From Octopus sinensis (lineage: Eukaryota), in NCBI RefSeq assembly GCF_006345805.1, contig NC_043021.1:10416001-10480000 (forward strand): a DNA stretch of 64,000 nt, written 5' to 3'. A model generated the notes under the pieces. The model was not told the DNA's origin, did not search any database, and worked only from the letters and a program-made list of their open reading frames with translations. Below are positions 26,435 to 38,608 of the stretch, in pieces; the stretch's first letter is position 1, and each line of letters begins with the position of its first letter. Made by a program: the position numbers and the translations under genes.

Positions 26435-27033
26435 AGGTGGCGAGCTGGCAGAAACGTTAGCATGCCGGGCGAAATGCTTAGCGGTATTTCATCTGCCGCT
26501 ATGTTCTGAGTTCAAATTCCACCGAGGTCGACTTTGCCTTTCATCCTTTCGGGGCGATTAAATAAGTACCAGTTATGCACTGGGGTCGATATAATCGACT
26601 TAATCCATTTGTCTGTCCTTGTTTGTCCTCTGTGTGTTTAGCCCCTTGTGGGTAGTAAAGAAATAGGTATTTCGTCTGCTGTTACATTCTGAGTTCAAAT
26701 TCCGCCGAGGTCGACTTTGCCTTTCATCCTTTTGGGGGCGATTAAATAAGTACCAGTTACGCACTGGGGTCGATGTAATCGACTTAATCCGTTTGTTTGT
26801 CCTTGTTTGTCCTCTGTGTGTTTAGCCCCTTGTGGGTAGTAAAGAAATAGGTATTTCGTCTGCCGTTACGTTCTGAGTTCAAATTCCGCCGAGGTCGACT
26901 TTGCCTTTCATCCTTTTGGGGGCGATTAAATAAGTACCAGCTATGCACTGGGGTCGATGTAATCTACTTAATTCCTTTGTCTATCCTTGTTTGTTCCCTC
27001 TATGTTTAGCCGCTTGTGGGCAATAAAGAAATA
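26435..27033 (+). mobile_element. SINE family A triple array (one head, three bodies, period 183-184)
   Basis: Seen: GGTATT at 26483, 26666 and 26850; imperfect flanking duplication AGAATACACAAGA / AGAATGTACAAGA. Confidence 0.9.
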
Positions 27034-27126
27034 AGAATGTACAAGACCAAGGTGTATTGCAATCTCTGAGTCAGTGCACGACCTGGGAATCTGCATTTGT
27101 TGTGACATCATTCTGCACGCATGTTA

Positions 27127-27612
27127 TTAACCCTTCAGCATTCAGATTACTGTGTCAAATGTCATCATCATCATTTAGCGTCCGCTTTCCATGCTAGCAT
27201 GGGTTGGACGGTTCAACGGGGGTCTGTGAAGCTGGAAGGCTGCACCAGGCTCCAGTCAGATCTGGCAGTGTTTCTACGGCTGGATGCCCTTCCTAATGCC
27301 AACCACTCCGTGAGTGTAGTGGGTGCTTTTTATGTGCCACTGGCACAGGTGCCAGACAGAGCTGGCAAACGGCCACGAACGGATGGTGCTTTTACGTGTC
27401 ACCGGCACGGGGCCAGGCGAACGCCTATTTATCTATATTGTTTGCAATTAATCATGTATTATCTTATAGCTTTTGGGTTTTCGATGTTGTGATTGTTTAC
27501 TTTTTGAGTGACATTATAGGGTAGGTGTGAGAAGCCAGATCTGGTCACTTTTAACATAAAACCGGTAGAATATTTGGGCTGGATATGGCCGGTTTAAATG
27601 CTAAAGGGTTAA
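27127..27612. mobile_element. M1 TTAA MITE interrupted by a family C retroposon (27162-27420)
   Basis: Seen: TTAA-CCCTT at 27127, AAGGG-TTAA ending 27612; the interior matches 35160-35422 once the insert is removed. Confidence 0.8.
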
Positions 27613-27724
27613 GATGGCTACAATATGCAGGTAATTGACTGGTTGGATTCTGAAATCATTCAAAACATAGAAAAAGGAAACCATGTTGTTCCTATGGAAA
27701 ACATTTCTTCTCAATCATCTGAAT

Positions 27725-28170
27725 TAAGAGGGGGCGCTGAAAAGTACTTGGCTTTGGGTAAAATAAAATACAGGGGGATCAGTTAATTATTTTATTCAGC
27801 ATATTCCCCTCTCAGATTCACACACTTATTGCAGCAGTCCTTCAGTTTTTCTAAGTCCTGTAAAAGAACTTGGAAGGCTGAGCCCCCAACCAGGCCTTTG
27901 GTGATACTCTTAACCCTTTAGCATTTAAACCGGCCATATCCGGCCAAAAGTATTCAGCCTGTTTTATGTTCAAACTGGCCAGATCTGGTCTCTCACACTA
28001 ACCCTACAATATCGTTTTAAAAATTATAACAGCTACCTCATCAAAATCTCATAGCTACAAGATAATGCTTGATTAGTTCAAAACAATGTGGATGAAGAAG
28101 CATTAATTTTGGCAGAATAATTTGAAAAACTAAAGGGTTAAAGCCAGGAGCTTTTCAGCATCCCATTGTA
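27725..28170. mobile_element. Mariner-type MITE (M2) with an M1 MITE nested at its internal TTAA (27910-28141)
   Basis: Seen: TA-flanked imperfect TIRs (GCTGAAAAGTACTTGGCTTT / AAAGCCAGGAGCTTTTCAGC). An uninterrupted inverted copy lies at 37776-37987; the nested element is bounded by TTAA at 27910 and 28138. Confidence 0.8.
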
Positions 28171-28371
28171 CTGCTCCCCATTATAGCTGGCATAGAGTTT
28201 TGAATTAACAGCAGAACTGGAGGCAAAAAGGTTGCTTTAGTGCTACAGACAAGCTACCAGCAGATCTAAAAGAGCTTGACCCTCTATGCCACATTATTGG
28301 AAGCAAACTGCTTAACCAATAGGCTATGCACCTTCACTTATATGATGGGTAACACTCCAGTATCTTTTGAC

Positions 28372-28772
28372 TTTTATTTGTTTCAGTCATTAGACTGTGG
28401 CAATGCTGGGGCATTGCTTTAAAGAATTTTTAGTTGAATGTATTAGTGACACCATTATTTGTTTTTAAAGTATTTTACTTATTCTATCAGTCTCTTTTGC
28501 CAAATTGCTTAGTTATGGGGACATAAATACACCAACACCAGTTGTGAAGTGCTTGTGGTGGGGACAAGCACAACATCACACACACACACACACGCACATA
28601 TGTATGCATACATATATATGACAAGCTTCTTTCAGTTTCTGTCTACAAAATCCACTCACAAGGCTTTGGTTAACCCGAGGCTATAGTAGAAGTCACTTGC
28701 CCAAGGTGTCATCCGGTGGGACTGAACCCTTGAGCTATGTGGTCGGGAATCATCTAACTTCTAACCACACAT
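28372..28772 (-). mobile_element. SINE family B copy
   Basis: Seen: family B sequence with a central (CA)/(TA) tract. Confidence 0.8.
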
Positions 28773-29319
28773 CCACGCCTAATTTTCATTGTTAATATCG
28801 TTTGTTGTTCCCATTGTTTTGTGGTTAATAAAACAAACAAAAGCCAGCTTAATTATATAATGAAGGGAGATCGGATAGAGTGGAGGGGTTACTACAGCTA
28901 AAGCCCAAACAGGTGCAGCAGAGGGAGACAATGGTGTTGTAACTGAAAACCAGCTGGATCTTAAATGGCACACAAAGGAACAGGCCTGCATGTGTGTGTC
29001 TGTGTGTGTGTGTGTGTGTGTGTGAGCAAGTGTACACACACGCACACAATAGACAGATACGTGTGCACATATGTAGATCTTGACATACATACACAAACAC
29101 TTGTGTGCAAGAGCAGGAGAAAGGGGCTCTAGAAATTAATCTTTCTAAGTAATTAATTAGCAGTCATTATTTTAGATGTGTGTGTGTACATGTATGTATA
29201 TGAACATATGAAAATGTATATACACATAAATTCATTCCATTCAATTTATTGTATATGAAACAAACTGTATATTCATCAGTGTAGATTCACTTTCCCATGG
29301 TGTTATATATATACATATA

Positions 29320-29356
<37 letters not shown>

Positions 29357-29384
29357 TATGTATGCACATGTATGTTGTTTACTC

Positions 29385-29963
29385 TTACTCCCTCTTTTAC
29401 TTGTTTCAGTCATTTTGGCTGTGGCCCCAGGACTTATTCTTTGTAAGCTTAGTACTTTTGCCGAACCGCTAAGTTACGGGGACGTAAACACACCAGCATC
29501 GATTGTCAATCGATGTTGTGGGGGACAAACACTGACACACAAACATATACACACACACACATGCATATATATATATATAGTTAATCCAAACATGAAAACA
29601 CAAAGAGAAGACACAACAATGTGAGGACATGGAACAAGTATAGTGTTATTGGACGCTCAGGAAAGAAGGAGGGTTTAACGTTTTGAGCGGAGCTCTTCAT
29701 CAGAAACATAGGAAAAGGAAAGATCCAAAGAAGGAAAGACAGAGGAAAAATCGCCAACGGTACACACGCGGTCACGTTTTGAAATATATGTATATATATA
29801 CATACATATATATGACAGGCTTCTTTTCAGTTTCCGTCTACCAAATCCACTCACAAGGCTTTGGTTGACCCGAGGCTATAGTAAAAGACACTTGCTCAAG
29901 GTGCCACATAGTGAGACTTAGCCGAAACCATGTGGTTGGTAAGCAAGCTGCTTACCACACAGC
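29385..29963 (-). mobile_element. SINE family B copy with a hammerhead-bearing insert (about 29580-29785) in its central microsatellite
   Basis: Seen: both family B halves flank the insert, and TA repeats lie on both sides. Confidence 0.75.
29673..29707 (-). ncRNA. Hammerhead-like motif, family P2, G12->A mutant
   Basis: Seen on minus strand: GTTT CTGATGA A GAGC-TCC-GCTC AAAA CGT T AAAC (GAAA mutated to AAAA at a CpG). Confidence 0.65.
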
Positions 29964-30639
29964 CACTCCTACGCTGTTTGTGTGCATATATATATGTGAT
30001 TGTGTACATACATATTTGTATGTGCGTATATATATATATTATATATATATATGCTTATGTGTAGCATGTGTATGTACACATGAATATAATATTTTCCTGT
30101 GGGTGTTAACTCTGGAGTATAACTTATCAATCTCATCCACAGGTCCAGGTTATCAAAGGAAGAGACTGAATCCAGTGCAACAATAGTAAATTCATATAAT
30201 AAACGACCATGCTTACTCCATTCTGCTTGTTTATAATTTTGTGTGTGTGTGTGTATAAATGTATATATCTGTCTATACATGCAAGTCTGTATGTGTTAAT
30301 GGTTAATTTGTACCCTTACATACACACACGCACAAATGTACATTTGTATACATTTGTATGTGTGTATGTAATTGGCGCTCTGGCCAATTTCCACGATGTT
30401 TTTAATAGTGTTAGTATAGTTCTTTTTAGAGTTTTATCTAAAATGGTTAGTTTAGGAAGCTCGCCCCCCCCCCACTTCTTGCTTCCCCAGTCTCTCCCTC
30501 CTGCTACACACCTACCCTGTTACCAGAGGTTTCTGGTGGTAGTCCAGACATAAGTATTTCTTTGTTAGTCACTGTTCTTTGAGTTCTCTTTTGCCAAACT
30601 CCCAACCCAACCCACTCCAGTACACCTACACTCATACTC

Positions 30640-30874
30640 ACTTTTACATTTGTGTGTGTGTGTGTATATATGGATGTATGTATGTGTGTGTATGGATGTT
30701 TGTTGTGTATCTATGCTTGTATGTATGTGTGTGTATGGATGTTTGTTGTGTATCTATGCTTGTATATATGTGTGTGTGTGTTTTCTTTGCACTCTATATA
30801 CACATACACACATGGATATACGTGCATATTTAGTCATGTATATATACATGTATGCATATACAGCTGTTTGTCGA

Positions 30875-30919
<45 letters not shown>

Positions 30920-31274
30920 GTGTGCATATATGTATGTGTGTGTCAGTGTATGTATATATAAATATATATGTATGTGTATGTATGTATGTATGTATGTATG
31001 TATGTATATATGTGTGTATGTATGTATATGTATGTATATATATATGTGTGTATGTATGTATGTATGTGTATGTATGTATGTATGTATATGTGTATGTATG
31101 TATGTATATGTATGTGTATGTATGTATATGTATGTATATATATATATGTATATGTATGTATATGTATGTATATATATATGTATATGTATGTGTATGTATG
31201 TATATGTATGTATATATATATGTATGTATATGTATGTATGTATATGTATGTATATATTTATATGTGTATGTATG

Positions 31275-31309
<35 letters not shown>

Positions 31310-31345
31310 ATATATATTTTATACACACACACACACACACATATA
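30640..31345. repeat. Compound (TG)/(TA)/(TATG)n microsatellite
   Basis: Seen directly; explains ORFs 30650-31393. Confidence 0.95.
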
Positions 31346-32149
31346 ATGTGTGTATACATGTATCCACACATAGTTAATGGTTTAAATAATTGAAGCTGTT
31401 GTTTTCAATGCAGGTGGGATTGAAATTAGGAAATTGGGTTTCTTTTTGTTGTTGTTAAAACTGACCAGCTTTTATATAGTAGTGGTCGTCGTGGCAGCGT
31501 TAATAATGTCATTGATGGTAGTGGTGGGGATGGTTTTAGTAGTGTTTATGTTGTTGGTGGTCATAGGAAGTGGTCGTTGCAGCAGTTTGTATTAGAAGTA
31601 ATACTCGTTGTTGAGCCAAAGGTTGATTAAAGCAGATCTATGATCAGTGACATTCTAGGCATGACCATCTCGTCTTTCATTAACATCATTTTACGTGGCT
31701 GTGTGTAAAGTAGCTTACTTACGGACCACATGGTTCCAGGTTCAGTCCCACTGCGTGGCACCTTGGGCAAGTGTCTTCTACTATAGCTTCATCATCGTAA
31801 CCAATAAGTTGACATGGAGTATTCTAGCCATCTGATCAACAATGGAGCTCTGTACTCATCATTGCATTATATGTAAATGGCTGAGTATCTCACAGACAGT
31901 AGTACCTATAATGTAATCATCAGGCAGAATCTGTGGCCCTTTGAATCAAAGCTCTAATTTATTTCAGGAGTTTCCCTACAGATTTTGCTACCCAATTTCA
32001 CCCCCAAGTTTTGGGTCAAGTCAATGGTAGAAAACACCCGAAGGTTCAGTCCACTGAGATGAACCTGAATTCTCATGATTGCTGAGTATACTTCTTAACT
32101 ACTGTATTTTCCGGCACAGAAATTGATGTATTCTATAATTTTTATCTAT

Positions 32150-32488
32150 TTATGCGCCCTTTTCAAGCCTAGCCAGGCTCATGGGCCTGGTTTCCTGGTT
32201 TCTATGGCGTATGTGTTCCCCCCAGCTGGACGGGACACCAGTCCATCGCAGCCGTTTACATATAATGCAATGAGTACAGAGCTCCACTGCTGATCAAGAA
32301 ACAGGAAGAATGAGTGAGAGAAAGTTGTGGCGAAAGAGTACAACGGGGATGGCCACCACCCCCTGCTGGAGCCTTGTGGAGCTTTTAGGTGTTTTCGCTC
32401 GATAAACACATACAATGCCCGGTCTGGGAACTGAAACCGCGATCCTCCGACTGTGAGTCTGCTGCTCTAACCACTGGGTCATTGCACC
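32150..32488 (-). mobile_element. SINE family D (tRNA-derived head, GCGATGGACTGG...TCCAG domain)
   Basis: Seen: A-box TGACCCAGTGG and B-box-like GGTTTCAGTTCC. Homologous to 48070-48368(+); related copies at 46752-46890(-), 49236-49430, 49712-49955, 52685-52900 and 62140-62375. Confidence 0.8.
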
Positions 32489-33546
32489 TCCAGTATTCTA
32501 TAATGCAAGTATTCAATTACCATCTCTATCTTTCCAAACCCTGCTGTACTTCATATGGAATCTTTGGTCTACCAAAATTGCCTTGGTGAATAAAGTAACC
32601 TATCTTTATTTTGGCTGTAAATTTTGGTTTGAAAATTTCAGCTCACATGCCAGAAATTATGGTACATGGCCATACCTCACCCCGACATACACATTTAAAT
32701 TTATGAACTTGTGTGGTGTTCTTGGGTTCACGGTCCTCATTGAGCTGTTTATGATTGTCCTAACCTCAGTGAATTTATGCACACTTTCCTCTCAACCTTC
32801 TATATCTAATCACTCAAAAACTGCCATATCACAAACAGAACTTATAATGGCAAAGTACCAAAATTAAATATAATTTTAGCTCTCAAACATCTGTGTCACA
32901 ATTGAAGCTTTATTGATCATCTCTTTGCCTTTTATTGATCATCTCTCATCATTTAGTTGGAGCCAGTTTAAATTTATTAAATTGATAAATCTAGTGTTTT
33001 TATAGTAAGACCTGTCTTCTTGCATTTAAGACCAGTCTGTTCTTCATTATTGTCATTCTCTTATTGTGTAACCTATTTTTATGAAATAGTATTAGTCTAC
33101 CTTTGATGATACCCTCATCTTATGCTAAGACCAGTCTGCACTTGATGATTGTTATTCTCTTATGGTGTAACCTAGTTTCTTGAACTAATATTAGAGAGTT
33201 AGTGTTGTGAAAACTGAGACATTGGTCTTCTTAAGAAAGTTTTCCCAGAGCACTCTGCATGTTAGTGGGACATCGCTAAGACAAGTGGAGACATATCAGA
33301 GCTGTATTCTTGAGAGATGAGAAGCAGGGGGCTGAATTGGATGCTTAGAATTGCAGGTGTTGGGACAGTGATGCGTCAGCTCCAGCATTCAGTCCTCAGA
33401 AAAGGAGAGGTTGGTAACAAAAAGGCAAAACTTGCGATTTCCCATTTGCTTTCGATACTTATCCTCACCTATGGTCATAACTTATGGTAATAACTTGAAC
33501 AAGTGCAATCATGACTACAAGCAGCTGAAATGGGGTTTCTCTGGAG

Positions 33547-33806
33547 CAGTGGTACTCAACTGTTTTTTTGTCTGTGGAACCCCTTGGTTCCTATTTTACT
33601 CTACTGAGCCTCCATAGCCATTCAATGTTTTAAAAATCCTATTGTATTTTTATAATGAAATATTATTAGGAATTGAATCAAAGAGAAAAGAAGTTAAAAT
33701 AATTTGTGTATTGTAGAAGTGTAACCAATTTATTGCACATAAATTGGAAAGACAAAATCTTATATGGACCCCCAAGGGCCATATGGACTCCGGTTGAGAA
33801 CAACTG
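33547..33806. mobile_element. hAT MITE with perfect 8-bp TSD
   Basis: Seen: TIR CAGTGGTACTCAAC / GTTGAGAACAACTG; CTCTGGAG at 33539-33546 and 33807-33814. A degenerate relative lies at about 5959-6206. Confidence 0.9.
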
Positions 33807-33829
33807 CTCTGGAGGGTCTCAGAAGTAAT

Positions 33830-34241
33830 GTTACTTGACAAGGTGTATAACTCGGAGATCAGGGAGTTTCTCCAAGTTGAGTTGCTACTTCTCTGCATTG
33901 AGGGTTCACAGCTCTAGTACTATTGGCTGGGTCATGCCCTCCGTTGTCAACCAGGAGAATTCATCTACGAAGCAATTGCCCCAGCTCCCCTTCAGGGTTG
34001 GCGAAAGCGATGTGGTGGACAACAAAAAACGTGGCTGATGACAGTCAAGGCTGATCTGGAACCCAACCTAAGCCCCCATATCTACGGCATTCGCCTCTGG
34101 AATAAGGAGTGGTTGGAGATCACGCGGTCGTTAGCCTCAAATCGCCAGGCCTGGTCGGCATTTGTGAGAGATGCAGCATTGAGGATGAATGAAGCCAGCT
34201 CAACCCACCCCGGGTGAATGCTGCCAAGTCAAGTCAGTCAG
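33830..34241 (+). mobile_element. RTE-clade LINE 3' end (ORF C-terminus plus tail)
   Basis: Seen: open frame 33924-34217 WLGHALRCQPGEFIYEAIAPAPLQGWRKRCGGQQKTWLMTVKADL...RQAWSAFVRDA...HPG*, then a CAAGT/CAGT tail. Knowledge: WLGHxxR and RxxGxxxKTW are RTE ORF C-terminal motifs. Confidence 0.85.
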
Positions 34242-35159
34242 ATGAGAATGTTGCAGGAAAGAATCACAAGACAGCTTTTTTTTTTGCTGAGCTAACAGGT
34301 AGGAGACCTAGGAGTTGAACGAGATGGTTGAATAATATCCCTAGTTTCAGTTGGTCATGCTTGGGAATCCAATCTGAAAGTGTAATGATGGTTGTTTTTG
34401 GTAGGACCCTATGAAGGAGGTGTCTGAGGATCCTCCCAGGATAGTTGAAGATGTATGGATGGATGATTACTCTGCTTTTAATAATACCTTCCTTTCGTTG
34501 TAAAACCAATCTGTCCTTGATAATTACCATTCTCTTATAGTATAACCTGTTTTTATGAACTGCAGTTAGGCTGCTTTTGATTATACCCTCTTATGCTAAG
34601 ACTAGTCTGCTCTTAATAATTACTGAACTCTTGGAGTAAGATCCATTATCTCTTGATAAGGCCTGTCATCTCAAATTAAAGCCGGGTGTCCTCTAAGACC
34701 AAACAACCAAAGAGCAGCAATTTGTTTTAGTGTGGTAGCATATCTCAAGCCAGCACTTGCTGGATTTTAATACGTAACATTTGTAAACCTGGGAAGATAT
34801 GATTGTGTGACTGCAACTGCCTTGGCTGCAGGTCATACAGGAAAGATGTGGACTGTGACCACTGCTTGTTTTGGCCGCATATCAAAACAGGAAATGAGCT
34901 CTGTAATTGTAAATCTAACCTCAGTTTCTAAGGTCACGTCTAACCGCCTTATTTTATGACTTTTCTCCTCCTCCTTTCCTCTCTGTCTCTTCTTCTTCTT
35001 CTTCTTTCCTCTCTTGCTCTCACATCACCCATCATTCACCAGTTCATTAATTACTATTGATTTCAACTGAATCTTTTTCCCATTGTCTAGTATGCACAAG
35101 TCAAGCAGGTACTAGATTTGAACTTCGTTGTTCTTGTTGTGTAGCTTTGTTTATGCTGT

Positions 35160-35422
35160 TTAACCCTTTGGCATTCGGATTACTGTCAAACGTAAGGCTT
35201 ATTTGTTTCCAATTAATCATGCATTATCTTGGAGCTTTGAGATTTCAATGATGTGATTTGTTTATTTTTAGAATGACATTGTAGGGTAGGTGTGAGAGGC
35301 CAGACCTGACTTGTTTCAACATAAAACAAAATAGAATATTTGAGCCTGGTGTGACTGATTTTAACATATACCAGGTAGAGTATTTGGGCTGGATATGGCT
35401 GGTTTAAATGTTAAAGGGTTAA
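35160..35422. mobile_element. M1 TTAA MITE
   Basis: Seen: TTAA-CCCTTTG ... TAAAGGG-TTAA. Confidence 0.85.
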
Positions 35423-36644
35423 CCCTAAATTTAGCTGCTGTTTCTAGCAAGCTGAACAACCATGTAGAACTGTCAAGGACACCCTGCAACTAGAGGAACT
35501 TTTTGAATAGCAAACCTAACAAAAGATTATTTTTATTTTATTTTATTTTATTTTATCTAGTTTCAGCTCACGAGCTGTGGCCATGCTGGGGCACCGCCAT
35601 TTATCTTGAATTATTTTGATTATTGTGGTCTGCTTCATGATAAGCCATGATTCTAATTAAAGGTTGACCATGTTTGATGTGAAATCTTCCTTGCTAGATG
35701 GATAGTTTGCTTGTTTTGATGCCTTTTTTGGTTGTTTATTACCCTTCCAAACACCTCACTGGTTACTTATGTAAGACTTAATGTTGTTCTTTAAGGAGTC
35801 CAAGATTTAAAATGCCTACTTTATTATCATCGTCCCCATCATCAAAAACACCATCAACGTCACCACCATCATCATTATCACTGCCCTCATCTCCACCCCC
35901 CTGGCCACCATCATTCGTGCTATCAACCTCTTCAACATTAACTATAAAGCAGTCTTCAATAATGGTCCAAAATTACAGTTCCTCACAGTCATACATTATT
36001 TTTCAAAATCTCTTCTGGTCTCTCATAAGCCAATGAGAATGCTCCTAAGTGGTCACACAACCTGCTAGAATTAGCAGCCAATTCTTCATCAAACCTAACT
36101 GCATTTAAAAAAGAAGCATATATTGATGTAGTCATGAATACACCTAACTTGAAAATTAATGAAGTGGTCATGGTTGAAATGCCTTTGATCCTAAATTTGC
36201 TCAGTCATGGTTGTCCTGGGTCAATATCACCTCCACTACCACCGTCATCATCTCGGTCGTATCCTCGTCCATCATTGTTTTAATGGTCATTTTTTTTTCT
36301 TTTTTTACTATTTTATATCTCTGTTGGCCTGGATTAAGTTGATCCTCGGTTGAAGAGGATCTTTTTGTCTTGTTGGTTACACAGCATCCATTCTTGCTGG
36401 TGCCACGAGCAAAACAACCCAATACGCTCAGTTGAGTAGTTGGTATTAGGAAGGGCATCCAGCTGTAGGAACCATGCTTCAATGCAGACATAGAAGCATG
36501 GATTGGTCCTCCGATTCTTTGGATCCTGGTGAACCATCCATACCATGTCAGCATAGAAGATAGACGTTAAGTAATGATTCTCACTCGCCCTCTCGCTCAC
36601 TCACTCACTCTCTCATACATGCTCCTATTAGTATTCTTAATACC

Positions 36645-36876
36645 TATTTCTTTATTACCCACAAGGGGCTAAACATAGAGGGGACAAACAAAGACAGACA
36701 TAGGTATTAAGTCGATTACATCGACCCCAGTGCGTAACTGGTACTTAATTTATCGACCCCGAAAGGATGAAAGGCAAAGTCGACCTCGGCGGAATTTGAA
36801 CTCACAACATAACGACAGACGAAATACCGCTAAGCATTTCGCCCGGCGTGCTAACGTTTCTGCCAGCTCGCCGCCT
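36645..36876 (-). mobile_element. SINE family A with a 17-bp target-site duplication
   Basis: Seen: TTAGTATTCTTAATACC at 36628-36644 and 36890-36906. Confidence 0.9.
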
Positions 36877-37379
36877 TTATTCTTAATACTTAGTATTCTT
36901 AATACCAATGCTTTGCTTCTCATTCAAATACAAATCTCTCGTTTTTATAGGCAACAGCTGGAAATAGGGTGCATACATTCTGTATGTACCTGACTTCAAG
37001 TATATGGTTTCGATACTTTAAACTGCATTCTTTGGCTATATATGAGGCATAACCAATAGTGTATAATACATATATAGTGTCACTCAAACATATGGCAAAT
37101 TATTTATATAAAACCATTAAGTTTACCTTGTGTATATATATATATAATGTTCAGCCCCTCCTACTTTGTAACGTGCTGAGAGATAGGTAGTGATGAAGTT
37201 AATAGATGTATATTGAGCTTCGAGGGGTGGGGATGATAGACCCTTGCACATGGCAGTTAAAATTAGAAAATGCGAGCTGATGAAGAAACTATTATGTGAT
37301 TACTTAAAATGCTAGAAATGGCAACCAAATCTCCATAAAATTCTACTCTACCATTTTGGCGCTCTGTTGGTTTCAGTAC

Positions 37380-37551
37380 TGCGTTACGTTGTGAGTTCGA
37401 ATTCTGCCGAGGTCAACTTTGCCTTTCATCCTTTCGGGGTCGATAAATTAAGTACCAGTTATGCACTGGGGTCGATGTAATCGACATAATACCTATGTCT
37501 GTCCTTGTTTGTCCTCTCTGTGTTTAGCCCCTTGTGGGTAATAAAGAAATA
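37380..37551 (+). mobile_element. SINE family A, 5'-truncated
   Basis: Seen: lacks the head; ends AAAGAAATA followed by GGTATTCAGT. Confidence 0.85.
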
Positions 37552-37775
37552 GGTATTCAGTTGTTTGATCAATCAAACTACCTGCACTCTCTTTACTCTC
37601 TCTTTTACTTGTTTCAGTCTTTTGACTGTGGCCATGCTGGAGCACTGCCCTTTTAGTCGAGCAAATCGACCCCCAGGACTTATTCTTTGTAAGCCTAGCA
37701 CTTATTCTATCGGGATCTTTCGCCGAACTGCTAAGTTACGGGGACGTAAACACACCAGCATTGTTCGTTATGTTA

Positions 37776-37987
37776 TATGAGGAGGTGATGAAAAAGTACA
37801 TGGCTTTAGGGGTATTGCGAAGGACTTTGCTGGAGGCCCAACCTTCCGAGTTCTTTTACAGGGCTTAGAAAAGCTGAAGGACTGCTGCAATAAGTGTGAG
37901 AAAGGAATATGTTGAATAAAATCATAACTAATCCTCCTGTATTTTTTTTTTGCCCATAGTCAGGAACTTTTCAGGCATCCCTTCGTA
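37776..37987. mobile_element. Mariner-type MITE M2 (uninterrupted)
   Basis: Seen: TA-flanked imperfect TIRs; interior is the reverse complement of 27725-28170 without the nested element. Confidence 0.75.
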
Positions 37988-38200
37988 AATATATGCAATT
38001 GTTGATCAGCATCAGATCATGTCTTGCTTCGGTAGATTTACGGGTGGCCCTGAAACCATGTGGTTGGGAAGTGAACTGCTAAACTATGCAGCCACGTCTG
38101 CTCTTACACATTCTATATAATAGAAACAACAGCCAAATACCCTCCAAATCACACTTTACCGTTTGAAAAAAAAATATAAAAAGGTTGACTCACATTAGAC

Positions 38201-38368
38201 GCAGGAGTGGCTGTGTGGTAAGTAGCTTGCTAACCAATTACATGGTTCTGGGTTCAGTCCCACTGCATGGCATCTTGGGCAAGTGTCTTCTGCTACAGCC
38301 CCGGGCCGACCAATGCCTTGTGAGTGGATTTGGTAGATGGAAACTGAAAGCAGCCCGTCGTATATATG

Positions 38369-38399
<31 letters not shown>

Positions 38400-38608
38400 C
38401 TGTGTTTGTCCCCCTAGCATTGCTTGACAACCAATGCTGGTGTATTTATGTCCCTGTTACTTAGCGGTTCGGCAAAAGAGACCGATAGAATAAGTACTGA
38501 GCTTACAAAAAGAATAAGTCCCAGGGTCGAGTTGCTCGACTAAAGGCGGTGCTCCAGCATGGCTGCAGTCAAATGACTGAAACAAGTAAAAGAGTAAAGA
38601 GAAAGAGT
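38201..38608 (+). mobile_element. SINE family B reference copy
   Basis: Seen: A-box TGGCTGTGTGG, B-box GGTTCAGTCCC, CORE-like GGCATCTTGGGCAAGTG, central (TA)(TG) tract, AAAAGAGT tail. Further copies at 39405, 41168, 41745, 46265(-), 56480(-), 58790 and 62735. Confidence 0.88.

Noticed and set aside
34264-34530. 88-aa minus-strand ORF and neighbouring degenerate repeats of about 88 bp (32990-33185, 34500-34640)
   Set aside because: Probably a decayed repeat-containing element, but no recognisable motif; not supportable as a gene.
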